A stretch of DNA of 64,000 nucleotides from Lingula anatina (GCA_051362555.1 CM120641.1:5890001-5954000); one strand, 5' to 3'; shown: positions 12,417 through 25,676, counted from the first letter of the stretch. The notes: generated by a model not told the origin, from the sequence alone. Program-made: numbers and translations.

Positions 12417-13840
12417 GGGGGTGTTATTAAAAAATAAAGTTTAAAAATCGGTAATATATCAGAGAGACGGCTCTACTTTGCCAGCTTTCCAGTCAACCAT
12501 CTTTGTTTAGTTTCGGAAAAGAAACAAATTAATCTAGAACCAAAAACGGTTTTACTTGGAGCTTTTTTGACAAAACGTATGAGAGGAATCGATGCCCTTT
12601 TTTTTCTTTTATCATTTAAAAAGGGTACCGGGTTTCGTCTGATACGCCCCAAGAATGCACATTAGTGGCATCACATTAAAACAAAATCCTACCATCATCA
12701 TTGAGATGTGAGTTAATTGCAGGATTTCGTGCAAATTCAGTATGGCAACGGACATTCATATAAAGCACAGATTTCATTATTGCTAATTGGTACGCATCTA
12801 GAAACAGAAACCAATAATTACACAGCATCTTCAGCAAGATATGCCGCCTTGATATCTACGATCAGTTTGCGAACTCGGTATTGAACTTAATCCGCAAGAC
12901 CTTTCCAATTATATGATGTTCTGCAAGATTTCTGTCCCATGTTACCGAGATAATGTACAACGTTTAACATCAAACATTGCTCCCCCTTACGTAACATAAC
13001 CTATAGATATATCTGAAATCCCATTGCACAAGTTCTTGTTTTGCAAATAGAAAGGGGGAAATTACCTATGCGCCACTGGTCTCCAGTAACAATTTCTGGA
13101 AGAGAGAATGGGCAAATTAATGATCACAACTATCAACATGTGCTTTGAGATCTAGCAAACCGGTAGTATATTAATAATATATGGATTGATCGGATGGTGT
13201 GGTAAGGTGTAAACGCCGAGGGGCTCTCATAAAGCACATACACAGGGGAGATTCGAAAACGAGCAACTTTTCACTCTCTAATCCGTACAGTCAGCTGGGC
13301 CCTGGCCTCGCATGCATAAAAAAATCAATATGACTACTGTTTGAATTCCAAAAAGTAGGCGGCTCGTCTTTAACAGTTTCAGGTTGAATTCATCTCCATG
13401 TCGCTGGGCAGGACTTTTATGGAGAAAACGGTCCTCGGGTCCTTAGACGTCCATAGTCTTCCCTATTTGGAGCCAATATACGATGTATTGATTTCCCCGT
13501 CAAGAGGTTAAACCAATTTCATTTTGCAGTTCTGAATGTTGCTATAAGCTGTTTGCATCCTAGCACGATAATGTAAGCGCCCCGGTCCTTGTTGAATTGA
13601 AAATAAGAAAAATCGGCTTTCATTATGAGAAATCACTGCCTATCAAAACACGCGAACAGATAGCGCTTACTGCAATCTTTCCCCTGGAATTTCCTTTCCA
13701 CCAATTCTTCGTTTTTCCACCATTATGCCAGTTTCAGGTTTGAGTAAACGAACCTGCAGACAGCTCACATTCTGTAACATCCTGTCTTTTTTCTGTATTT
13801 CTTTCCATATTCAGAATTATTAACGCCTTCTGAAAAGCAG

Positions 13841-14561
13841 CTAAAGGAATCGACTGTTGATGACTTCTTTTATCATTCCCTTCATTAGGCGGTATCTTTG
13901 TATAGCCATGTACCGCTTAGATTCTTCATATTGGACCTCCATTTCGTGAATAAGGTCTTTTATTATATCCGTTTTTCGCTTGGTGTCCGTTATTTGTTCT
14001 TGTATCTCAACGTTTTGCTCTAAAAGGGCATCGTCAGAAAGATCTGAAGTGGAAACATTGATTTAAATTAAAAACTAATATTTGTATTCAAATATTTTGC
14101 ATGCAATAATAAAAACTAGTATCTTAAATTTTCATTAAAGTTAATGCGATGCTCACCTTACGCCATTATTAAACTAAAGGTACATAAAATGTCATCTGAA
14201 TAGTTTAAATAAAAAAACAAAAGAAAGAAAAACCTTTATAGCGTTCCTCAATTCTTTGAGCGGCGGCACTCGTATCCTTCTGCCGCACAAAGTCTCTGCA
14301 CATCTGTTTTAATCCGCTTGATAACGCGTCCCCTCCATTTGACAACCTAAGATGGGTCACTGTCCTTTTAATCATGCTTTTTAGTTGCCTATAGCGTCTA
14401 AAGAAATCTAGCTCTTTGGATTCCACGTATTCCCTATGTAGCTGCTCCACCAGCAAACGGAATTTCTTGTAGTCTTGTTGTGTTGCTTCAAGATCGTTGC
14501 ACAGTTGTTCTGTTTCTCGACGTACTTCGGATTGCCCTGAAAACCATCCAAACACAGCCAT
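13841..14561 (-). CDS. Unknown helical protein, divergent paralog C (176 aa); coding exons 14561-14234 and 14043-13841
   Basis: Exon 1 MAVFGWFSG...LHREYVESKELDFFRRYRQLKSMIK...ERYK. Hand-translated exon 2 (not in the ORF track) DLSDDALLEQNVEIQEQITDTKRKTDIIKDLIHEMEVQYEESKRYMAIQRYRLMKGMIKEVINSRFL*. Same phase-1 intron and same 203-nt terminal exon as A and B. Confidence 0.85.
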
Positions 14562-15380
14562 ATGAAAATGAAACTGACGGTACGATTACGAGGTGTGCAG
14601 GAACCACGAGGTGTACCTTGTTCATTGCCACTCACGGAGCCGCCTATGAAAATAGCGGGAGAATGTTCAGCTCGGAGGTGAAATTGAGTGCGGGTTAGTA
14701 TCTGCAAATGAAACTATTAGGCTTGTAAAATGAAAATAAATTAATCCGCCCTTCTTTCTATCCCAACTGTCTACATAGCTATCTGGTTTCATGGATGTTC
14801 CACTCAAATCAACGTAGCGAAAACCCAATTCTAAGAAAAGAACTGAATATTTTAATCTAAATCCCACACGTCATATTAACTCGGGAGAGACACATCTGAT
14901 TTCCCTGTAAAGCGGCCTATTCCAATTCTTTCCACGTTCCACGCCCTCCTTTAATCAGTTACGAGACCGAATCAAGTTGTACAATCACACGTCAGAGGCC
15001 TCCTGGTTAACTCGTAATCGCACACAGAGAATCACTGATGAAAGGTACTTTCATCCTACTTCCTTCAGTCCTCCACTCCGATGATTAACAGTCGTCCTTA
15101 CGAAGTGGGATAAGAAATATTGACGTTCAAATAAAGACTCAATTCATCGGGATGGCAATTTGTGTGGATTTGAAAACGATAAATAACCAGTGGCAGGATT
15201 TCGTTAAAGGGATGCTATTTGATTTACACTTTTCACGCCAAGGCTCAAAGCGTGACGCCAGGTTGGAATTAAGCGCGCGCGGTCACGTTGACGTTAATTT
15301 GTCATGGAACATTTGATGTCATGTCACGTATTTCGACAACCAACTTCAAAAATAGTAATATTAACATTAAAACTCCCCCT

Positions 15381-15433
15381 CACACACACACGCATGCACA
15401 CACACACACACACACACACGCACACACACACGC
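15381..15433. repeat. Interrupted (CA)n microsatellite
   Basis: Seen directly. Confidence 0.9.
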
Positions 15434-15529
15434 GATGTACAGATATACCCAAATTAAATAAATGTATCTCCTAATTTCGTCATGTCTTCAAAAGAAAGAA
15501 CAATCTGGATTTCTATCGTTTCCTTTTCT

Positions 15530-16080
15530 CCGGACCTTGCTGGAATTATTGATTAAGAATAAACATGTTATAGCTGATATCCTCTCGACCATACAAGGGT
15601 TGACAGGCTGACACATCACCAATATCACTTCGGACCAGGCCGTGAACCAGAACGCGTCGACATGAGGGAATTATCAAAATGATTGCATTTTAAATTATCC
15701 TGTATATGTCAAACATTCGATATTAGAGACAGGAAGAGAGAACAGTCTTTACGGAATTAAGAGTGATTTGTGCATTTTTGTCTGTCATAAAGTGACAATG
15801 TGCGACCATTTCTAATACTTTTGTTTGATTATGTACTGGAATTATCTAGATTTATGTCATCTATTCTGACGGGGACCTTGCTGGAATTACTGATCAAAAA
15901 TCAACGTGTTCTTTTCGATGTACTGTGTAAGATAAAAATTTATTGCCTTTCACGAAGTCGTCTAGGTTGAGGCCATAGGCCAGTACGCTTCAGAGCGAGT
16001 GATATTTCAAAATTTTTGTTTATTAAACCATCAGATCCGTATATGTTAGACACGTTATCAAGAGAAGAGGAAGTGAAATG
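15530..16080. repeat. Diverged two-copy direct repeat, period ~340 bp
   Basis: GGACCTTGCTGGAATTATTGATTAAGAATAAACATGTT (~15532) vs GGACCTTGCTGGAATTACTGATCAAAAATCAACGTGTT (~15873), with further patchy similarity downstream of each. Confidence 0.6.
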
Positions 16081-18088
16081 GAATAAAAGGCTTCACGGTC
16101 ATTACTTTGCCAATGATAAAATGAGCAACATTACGGCTGTTTACAAAGTGCACATTTAAGAATCCGGAGATGCAAAATTGGTTACGCGGTTAAGTTGACC
16201 AGTGCATACACAGACAGACACTCATAAGTGTAAATTACAAAAATTGCCGGTCTGATAGTCAAGCCTTTTTATCACGACTGTCATTCCTATGAAGTCCGAA
16301 AATCAGTAGCATGATTTTTTTCTCGCTAAATTAAAAGTGAGATCGATTACATTCGAATATTATTGTTGTATAATTAACTAGCTTGCAAATTAAGGATACC
16401 TTGGTTGTGTAATAATCGATAATGCTTATTTTGTGCGCCTATATTTTAAGGCATTATCTATCATTCATCACTGACAAAGAAGTAACACAGGGAACAACTG
16501 ACAGATTAGTTCACCTTAAGTTGTCTGAGCGAAAAAAATTTTCCGAGAAAAAAATATTAATTGTGTTATGTTACTAATGTGCGTTCTGACTCAGAAGCTT
16601 GGAAATGGTTTCTAAACGAAAAAAACTCCCCAGAGAAGAGAAACTGTCTCGCTTCAAGGCGACTATGAATATTTCCGGTATATGTAACACGGTATTTTTG
16701 CAGCATTCAGCAGTGCGATTCTAATATCATGTAATATGGCGACGCGATATCGGTGAATTTTGGCAAACATTGCCTGTCTCTATGCATGCCCATGTTAACA
16801 TCGATGCAATAGAAAGTCACAACGCATTCAGAAATATCACGACCCTAATTGCCTTCTAGATTGGTTGCTGTGACTCAAACAATGATTGATCTATAAATGC
16901 AGCGGCCAATATAGGGTGATAACGACAGCAGCGTCTGCTAGGGCGTCAGTTGATGGAATTTTAGTCTTCCATCTCAGACAAGGGTCGCTATTAGGCATGT
17001 GGACACGAGAACGCATAAGGACACGGAGAGACTGACTGGCATTTTCTTGTCTCTGCGTCTGCTGTCGGATATGTTGCTTTAGTTTGCTGAGAAAGGAAAG
17101 GAGATAGTTAAAGACAGATACTCCAGCCGACTCTTAAGGCAAAAATATCATCAAGGGTTTTTAATCCACCCACATCCCTGACAAAATTGTTGCGAGATAC
17201 GCGAAAAATCGAAAACCCTTATATTTGGCATTGAAGGTGCATGGATTTCCAGTATCACTATTTAAGTTTATCTATGGTTTTCTTGAATAAACTTGTACGG
17301 TGAAATTGACTGTGAGATCTGTTCAGAGTTATGATACTGCATACTGCAGCCACTGTCAATTTCGTTTTGAAATAAATAATGAGTTCATACACTCTGAAAG
17401 TATTCTTGATTTTCAAGGGCGACATACGTAAAAATACTTTTTAACGGTAAATGAAATTTTATTATTTGTTATTTTAACTAAGGAATGGCTGAAAATAAGG
17501 ACTCAACACTACCATCTACCATTCGTATAAACAGTCACATTGTGACTAGAAAGTTTACATGCAGTTTTCATTCGACAGTAAACTTCCCTTGTTACGTGTA
17601 GTAATACCTTGGGAAGACCATATTTCAGGATCACTCCCCTAATACGTAGTACAATGGATAATTGCTAAGATCTAGGCTAAGCTTTTACTCTCTCTAAAGT
17701 CTTCTTTCATCCCATGTGTAAATTCCTGGATAAATACATGGGAAATACGATTGTAATTTCGCTGTGTATAAAACCAAAGGAATCACAGAAGATGCACATC
17801 TATCAGACCGATCAGACAGCTGACTGATTTAGTCTCTTCCCGGCACTAGATATGCCAGTCAGTTGAATTTGCAAAGGGACTTGCTTGGACTTCTAAATAA
17901 AGAGCACGTGTTCTATTCCCAGGATATTAGATTCGTAACACCCTTATCGCAATTTACAATTTTTATCCATTAAGACTAATAAGTTGCATTTGGTTTTAAT
18001 TCTGACAGCAATGACAGTTGCTAACACAAAACGAAATTTGGCAAGTAAAATACTGTGTGAAATTAGCGTCATTATTGCAGTTATCAAA

Positions 18089-18093
<5 letters not shown>

Positions 18094-18163
<70 letters not shown>
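18094..18163. repeat. Compound (TC)n(AC)n microsatellite
   Basis: Seen directly; it generates the spurious ORFs 17944-18165 and 17984-18340. Confidence 0.95.
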
Positions 18164-19461
18164 ATTTATTATATAGAATATTTACATGGCACAAAAAAAT
18201 CAAAACACAAGCAGACAATAAGAGACTATTGCCTCTTGTATAGAACCATGTTTTATGAGAAAAACGTTTTGAGCCACCTCTCTACAACCGCATTCATCAA
18301 TCTTTTCACAGCGCATTGTTCCACAGCTGAATTTACGTAATCAGAAATTGGGATTTCCACCCAAAAACATTTCTGTGTACCGTTTCAGTAGGTTAGTATA
18401 AAACCTTGCAATTGATAGATTACAGGTAGTTCAAGGATTTCTTTTTCCAGACAGAAAAATTGGCTAAATATCCTAATGTGATTCGATGTCATAGAGACGC
18501 TATTATCGACTCATTGGTATGCAACTAAGCATCAAACCCAAAACCGCAACGAGATCTTAATGTATCTGTCAGATGATGTTAAGAAAGAGATAAGCTATGT
18601 GAACTTTTCACATTTCTGCCTCGCTACGTTATATTACCTTTTTTTTTATATTTTCCTTTACAACAAGGCTAATAAATGTATACATTTTAAACACACTGTA
18701 TTCGATGATTTTCGATGTAAATAGCCAGATCAATTACATGAATATCAAACCCCATCATGACTGCCCATACCAATCTCTGCCCAAAAAGATTTTGTTGATT
18801 TAATCTTGTTTTTTCTTCTTTATTTCTTAAGTAATTTAATTCGTAAATGTTATTTCTACAAATCATATAAAATTCTTCATATTGCGCCCGTTTTCTAAAC
18901 TTGCCCTACATGTATCAGAACATCTGACGCAATCGCTCTGGTTTTAATTTTGATCGATATACTCACATATTGTTTTATAGACCTGGTTATTAGTATCTAA
19001 TAATATGGCAAATTCATTCTATATATGTATATATTCATATTTTAATATGATTAAAAAATCATATAAGAAATAAGAAATAATTCGAAATGTATGAGATCTT
19101 TGGGCTTTTTTTTAAATTATTGGATTTTACTTCAAACTGAACATTATTTTCGAACGCTGGGGTACAACTTCTACCGGATTTGCTTTACTTTAAGCTAACG
19201 ATGAGCGCCCAGGGCATCTTTAAAAACTCTCTCAGTCTCAGCTTGGACGTGGGTCAAATGTCTTGGGAACATTATCAATCAGTTATATATTCTCACGTTA
19301 TTTAGAAAAAAATTCCCCGATGGCTACTGACAGGGCACACTAAGAGTACACCGGTTCAAAGTCACAGTTCAAGAACGCACTGCAGGAATCAAGCGAGTCA
19401 GTCCCACCTATTATCTCTTAGAAATTGTGATATATTGGTTTTCTGCATTCTGGTCTGTTTG

Positions 19462-19724
19462 CAGTGGCGGATTTGGGCGAGGGTCAGGGGGGTCCTGACC
19501 CTCCCTTCGATTTCTGAAAAAAAATCACACGAATGGTCCCCTCTTGAAATTAGAATTTTGACTAGCTGAATCATAGTCATGAACTGTACCAAATGGCACC
19601 GTTTGCCCTCTAAAATACCAAAAAATTCCGGGGCCCTTCAGCGTGCCCCGAACCACACGCCAAGGTCTTATCGTCGGCTTCGCATCCGCGGACCCCCCTT
19701 CAAATAATCCTGGATCCGCCCCTG
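19462..19724. mobile_element. Second copy of the same MITE family
   Basis: CAGTGGCGGATTT ... ATCCTGGATCCGCCCCTG, flanks GTTTG/CTTTG, internal block shared with 9978-10280. Confidence 0.75.
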
Positions 19725-22186
19725 CTTTGCATTATGGTGCATTGCCTGAACTCTAAAGTTCGGTAGGATATATTTTTCCACCCGCCCGATAACCTCATAA
19801 ATTGGTTCCGCTTGTTTCTCCTACTGCTGTGTACATACTGCAATACTCCTACTCAGAATCGATGCAGGGTTCAGGAGATCGAATGCACTTGCTAAGACAT
19901 GACATGTTGCTATATGAACTGCTCTCTTACGTGTAAGACTGTAAGTTTTGAAAATTGATAAGACATGGCATTCATAATCTGAATTCCTCAGCAATACAAT
20001 TTCTTTATAATCAGCATTTTTATTTGATTTCACAAACAGGTCTTATCGAAAGTAATAGTCGCAATTATTGTAGCAAATCTTTTAACGTTAACGTAATCCC
20101 ACATGTTCTTTCCCTTTTCCAAGTAATTGCTGTCAAGACCTAGGATAAGGTTTTACGTTATTGTCATGTTTCCATAATATATATGTCTTACAAAAACATG
20201 CACATGGACATCATAGGTAATCAAGGCTGAGTAATAGTCAACATGAGTACGATCTCAGACGAATTTAGTGTTATCTCTTATAGCCGAAGGCAATTAGCAT
20301 TAGGTTTTGCGACCAATATTGACAATAAATTGCAAGTCAAAAACTATCAGCATATGCTACGTTTGTAATTGTGCTATAATGCTGTGTAGGTTTTAACAGT
20401 TTGGCGCAGTGGCATGCTTGTTCTAAAAATATACAATTTGATAGGAATAGCAATGGAAAAAACATAAAGATGGCACCAGATTTCAACAAAATTTTATAGT
20501 TGTAATATTCATGGCATGTATGTTATTTTCAAATAGTTCAATTTACATATTTAGCATTTATTTTCTTTCCTTTTGTATATCGTTATTTTTATCCCTGTAT
20601 ACAAGTTCTGGGTCACACTATATGCACCGCAAGTGCGTCTTGTTGTCAGTTTCTTGTTTTGGTTACTTAGTCTAACTTACAGAAAAATATTACGTAAATG
20701 ACTATGAAGTGATGGGAATTAAAACAAAATTCAAAACGTGCCGCACTTATGTGAACTTTTGACCTAAAGGCCTAGATCAAGCACAATATCCAAAATCATC
20801 TGGACAGTGCGTCAGTGCATCGAACCCAATGTCATATAGTCCATGTCTTATTGTTCTACTGCACGCCCCTAGGGTACTCTAAGTTACGTAGAATATACTT
20901 GGTCTCTATCAAATATGTTCTTGGTTTTTGTATTTTATTCCAAGGGGACATAACGTATTACCTCCGTGGACTGTAATTGAATCGATCGGTTCCAAGACAA
21001 GGGCGGTGCGAGGCCCAGATTGTGAGGTCTCGGATATTAAATTTGTATTAGCCATACGTTTCTTATCGCGTTAGAATATGAGAAGATAAAAGCATTTTTG
21101 CAATATAAGTTAAGTATAGTAAGGGAAGTTCAGTGATAGAGTTCGAATCTGGCTGTGTTACCAAAAGTAAAGACATTATTGTATATTTCTCACAATAAAT
21201 AAATAAATAAATAAATAATAATGAATATATTATTAAAACACTGATGGATCATTTTTTCTAAAAATGAACCTTTGAATCCCATTATTGATGCACATTTGGT
21301 GTAATATTTACATGATCCTTGCGCTCTCCATTATCTTTTCTGCTTTCTACTATAGTACCCTCCATTATGAAAAAAAATGAACAGTAATTAAAAACTGTCA
21401 TAAAACAGTTTTGCAAATTTTGCACAAAATATGTGCGTTACGGACATGAGAATTTGTGGAATGACCCTAACATCAATCGCTGTTATGGACCGACAGCATA
21501 GTTAACTCGACTATTGGAAAGATATAAGTTACATAATTGTACTCAAAGTAAAAGGGCTAGATAGGAACCAATATACCACTGAATTGACCAATAAGTATCA
21601 AGCACTGCTGGAGACCAACACAGGATTTTGCGTCTTATTACAAATGTTAAATTGATTTTCGTTACTTCACGCCTTATTGCAATCGCCAGCAATCAGAGCC
21701 AGAAAAGAGAAAAATCTCCCTGAGCTCAAACATGTATAAAGATATTTTGTTACCCAGTATCTTAAGTCGTACTTTATGAAATACAACAAATCTGATTAAA
21801 ACGTTCCTAGTAATGATATTGTGATATGTTGTTCTTTTTTCAAACTTTTGAGAATTAGTTTCTCTGCCATAAACCACAGATTTTGCTAAGAAGTTTAAAT
21901 GTTCTCGAGGGTGTCACTGATGTTCTATATAGATATAAAGTGGAATTTGATTAACAACTTTTTGAGGATTTTAAGATTTTTTGGCTGAAACTGCTTAAAG
22001 TTTAAAGACTTGAAAGTATAAAGTGCGACGCGCGGGCATAAGTTTGTGGAAAGGGGTCTTCATTCCTATACCTTTTCAACGTATATTTTCATAGTGCAGG
22101 GACAGTGGTCAGTTCGTTAATATCAGATTAAAAAAATATTTGGCAGTTATCTATAACACCATAATGATCGTTTTTCAGAATTAACG

Positions 22187-22314
22187 TGACACTGGTCAAT
22201 AAAGCGCCAGCGTAACAAATTGGTAAAAAACTACTTGACGCCACCACGCTGGCCAGAAGTCATGTTGGTTTGTTTTCCTAATTTGTTACGCTGGTGCTTT
22301 ATTGACCAGTGTCA
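22187..22314. repeat. Inverted repeat with ~35-bp arms (MITE-like hairpin)
   Basis: TGACACTGGTCAATAAAGCGCCAGCGTAACAAATT ... AATTTGTTACGCTGGTGCTTTATTGACCAGTGTCA, one mismatch. Confidence 0.85.
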
Positions 22315-23842
22315 ATGCGGGTTAGTGTATGTATATTGTACTTAAATTGGACATTTAAGTTAATTCACTGTGATGACTTTTCACTGCAAATAAGACTCAG
22401 CATACAAGATCGTTAAGGGAACCTCTGTTAAACTACCTTTTTTGAAAAAGTCAACTGCGCTTATATCTTCCAGACGCACCTTTTCAAAGAATGAAAGTAC
22501 CCAAAAAGTGCATTTTTGTTATAAATTAAGGAATGAATACAACCGGTTACTAGGCCTAAGCCAGTCCACGAAAGAAAGAGGTTTTCAAAACGAATTTTAT
22601 GCGCCAGTGCTATTTGATGGGTAAAATCACTATAAAATAATAAAATACATTAACATTTGCAGGCAGACCTTTGCAACTTGAAGCAATGCAGTGAATAATC
22701 TTGTTTCTGCTTCTGTAAGCATTGCGTTGTCTTCTGTTGCGCCGCGGAGCACGTTTTAACTCTGTTTCTAACGTTTCTAACGTTGGCAGTTTTTTCTTCA
22801 GCGGCTGACACAATGATTTCGTTCAAGAGTGGTAAAATACCGAGTACCTTCTCTACACTCGGGGGTAAAAAACCAAGGAAAACTATCATATGTTGTTCAC
22901 TGAAAAACTGACGGCCTCCGGGTTACAGATTTATATCTCATTCAAATTTCTGAAATCATTGAAGCGTTTTTTAAATTGAAAAAGTAAAATAGAAACATTT
23001 TCCAGCTGTATATGGAAGTTACATTAAAGAAAACTACTGTAAAGTGACAAACAAAAGAAACAATAGGTAAACATGGTTTTTCTATTGAATAAATTTCATC
23101 GTGATATTTAGTGATGATATAACTAATAAGGACACGCCCCTCACAGAAGAAAAAAATAACTGTGTACCTTCACTCATCCAACCGGCAATCTTCCCTTTCT
23201 TTTTCATCATAAAGCATTCTTCACTGAGCTCTATCCTTTGTGTTTTAGTTGCCAGTCAAACGGCATAGGTCTTTAATAATTGAACTGAGCAGTCAGAAGA
23301 ACGTCAAAGTGCTTAACTCTATTAGGAGTACCGACACTAACGCCTTATACCCACGAGCACTCATCGGCAACAGATCATACGCAAAGCGGATCTTAGTTCA
23401 ATACATTATTGAACAATATTCCAATACCTGAGATAGAACACAACGGGCCTTGATAAACCAAACTTGGGAAGAAGTCAGCACCATTTTTTTTTATTATTGT
23501 TTGTTGATAATGCACGCATTAAAGCATACATCTCAAGGGAGAAAAAAAATCCCTAAGAATATCACTTTGAGATCAGTTCAATATAGAGTAGAATGTTGCT
23601 GATGACCAGTGGATCAATACTCTCATCGCCACATGAGACGACAGCTACAAATTAGTATACTCTCTCAGTGGACAATAAATCGAAACGCGTTCTTTAGTCC
23701 GCTACTGGAGAGAACATGATTACCCTCAGCACCGAGTTTGATCTACCTAAGTCGATTTATGTCCAAAAACACGAGTCTACCTATTTGATGCAGTCATTTT
23801 TGCCTTAAATAATAATACATATACTAATTATAATATTAATTT

Positions 23843-24110
23843 CGTGGGGAAAGTCTATTTATTTCAAGAGGTGACAGGTGGGGCGAGGTCATTCATTTCG
23901 AGGGGTGACCGGTGGGGTGAGAGCATTCAGTGCGAGGGGTGAAATGTGGGGCGAGTCTATTTATTTTGAGGGGTGACAGGTAAGACCATTCCATTCAGTT
24001 CCAGGAGTGATGAGACTACTTATTATAGGGGTGACAGGTGGGGCGAATCTGTTCAATTTTGGGGTGACGTGGTACAGGTGGATTCAGTTGAAGAGGAGAT
24101 AGGTGGTAAA
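23843..24110. repeat. G-rich minisatellite, ~34-35-bp unit (approx. GAGGGGTGACAGGTGGGGCGAGTCTATTCATTTC), ~7 degenerate copies
   Basis: Repeated GGGGTGACAGGTGGGGCGA units visible directly. Confidence 0.8.
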
Positions 24111-24205
24111 TTGTTGGTGGGTGTAGGATTTCTAAAAAAAAAAGTGTATGTACTATCAATTTCATTTTTAAATCTAAAAACACACCATATAAAGATGTTA
24201 AGTAA

Positions 24206-24379
24206 GGCCGCATTCAGAACAGAGGACTAACTAGTCTGAGGGTCAAATATGGCCGACCCACTTGATTACTGCCCCACGGGGAATCCATTCAGTATCATTA
24301 GCGAATAAGGCGACAAGCTTTTTAGTGGGTCGCCATATCTGCCCCACGGATTAGTTAGTCCATTGTTCTAAATGCGGCC
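24206..24379. mobile_element. Palindromic MITE, PIF/Harbinger-like termini
   Basis: GGCCGCATTCAGAACAGAGGACTAACTAGTC ... GATTAGTTAGTCCATTGTTCTAAATGCGGCC, with inner arms ATATGGCCGACCCACT / AGTGGGTCGCCATAT. Flanks TAA/AAA. Confidence 0.7.
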
Positions 24380-25448
24380 AAATTTCACTATTGCGGTGTG
24401 AAATTTATAAAATACTTTAAAAAAACAAACAAATAAATAAATAAATAAAATGTGCATGCGTACAATGTCATCGCATATGTAGATACAGAAAGGGGGTTTA
24501 TTTCATCACTAAAATCACAAAATCGTATAGAAAACTGTCCATCAATGCCCCTTTATAGTCGGTGAAAAAAACAAAAAACTCGAATCATTTTATTCAGCCT
24601 AAGAAGAGTGCATTATTTTTTAAGTGAACGATTACCATTATGGAATTGCCATCGGTGTCTCAATTCAGTACAATACAGAGACATTTTGGTGCATTTAGGG
24701 GTAGTCAGAATATTAGAAAGTGTCATTTCAGGTCATATTAGTACTATTGTTTTTTGTTTGTTTGTTTGTTTTTTTTTTCATTCGAAATTATCAGAATCAT
24801 GATTAAGCGGTCTTGTTTAATATAAATTTGAACGGCAAGACAAAATAAACAAACAAACGAATGCAAGAGAACCATCATACAGTAAATATATTAAGAAACT
24901 TGGCCGTCAGGGTTACGTATTAATTTTAATTCATTCTAAACCTATTTGCTTAGAGGGTTTTATAGAGTAGGCGATATCAACATTTTAAAGATGGAGAAGC
25001 ACTTAATTGAATAATACATTTGAGAATTGGCTGTTTCACAATTTGATAATCTTCGGATTACGTGGTTCTTTTTACCCAAAATTTTACCTTATACAAAATA
25101 TTTAGGTCGTAAGATATGAATCAATTTGCGGGAGTGTAAAACAAAAATTGTCAAAAATGATTATAATTTTTATATTATATCGCGAAAATTGTGGAAAGTG
25201 AAAGACGGCATTGGTATCATATAGAAGACGATTCACCTAAATTTATTCCAAGAGATATTAAAAACTCGCCTACAAGAGAGAATTTTGTGATCCATTCAAA
25301 AACAGAAAAAGCTTGATTGAAAATGCAATTTATAAATGTGGATCGTGAAAAATGCTTTAAATCTTTTTTAACAGGTTTAAAATTCCAAAATGCTCAATTA
25401 CCACTCTTTAAAGTAACGGAAGTAAATACGAATGTTTACAAAGACAAA

Positions 25449-25676
25449 GGCTCCGTTCACATGAAAAATCTATTTTCTAAAAATCTATTTGCGGTATCTT
25501 GTGATCTGAATACCCCACGGCGTAATTACGGGCAGCGCGAGCCAGTTACTTGCAAAGCTGTAATAAATTCTCGGCGCTGCCAGTAATTACGCCGCGGGGT
25601 ATTCAGGGCACAGACCGTGATCACAAGATACCGCAAATAGATTTTTAGAAAATAGATTTTTCATGTGAACGCAGCC
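25449..25676. mobile_element. Near-perfect ~228-bp palindromic MITE, PIF/Harbinger-like termini (GGCTCCGTTCACAT...ATGTGAACGCAGCC)
   Basis: Outer arms of ~57 bp and inner arms of ~33 bp are near-perfect reverse complements, separated on one side by a ~12-nt insertion. Confidence 0.8.

Noticed and set aside
17944-18340. ORFs with CVCV, ERER and HTHT runs
   Set aside because: Translations of a compound microsatellite.
21120-21220. B-box-like GTTCGAATC followed by (AAAT)n, a possible tRNA or SINE
   Set aside because: No A-box or cloverleaf could be built; too degenerate to call.
22610-22889. Overlapping minus-strand ORFs with basic or Cys-containing sequence
   Set aside because: No recognisable motif and no consistent splice partners found.
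23843-24110. Possible CRISPR-like array
   Set aside because: Units are contiguous and degenerate with no unique spacers, the context is eukaryotic, and there are no cas genes.
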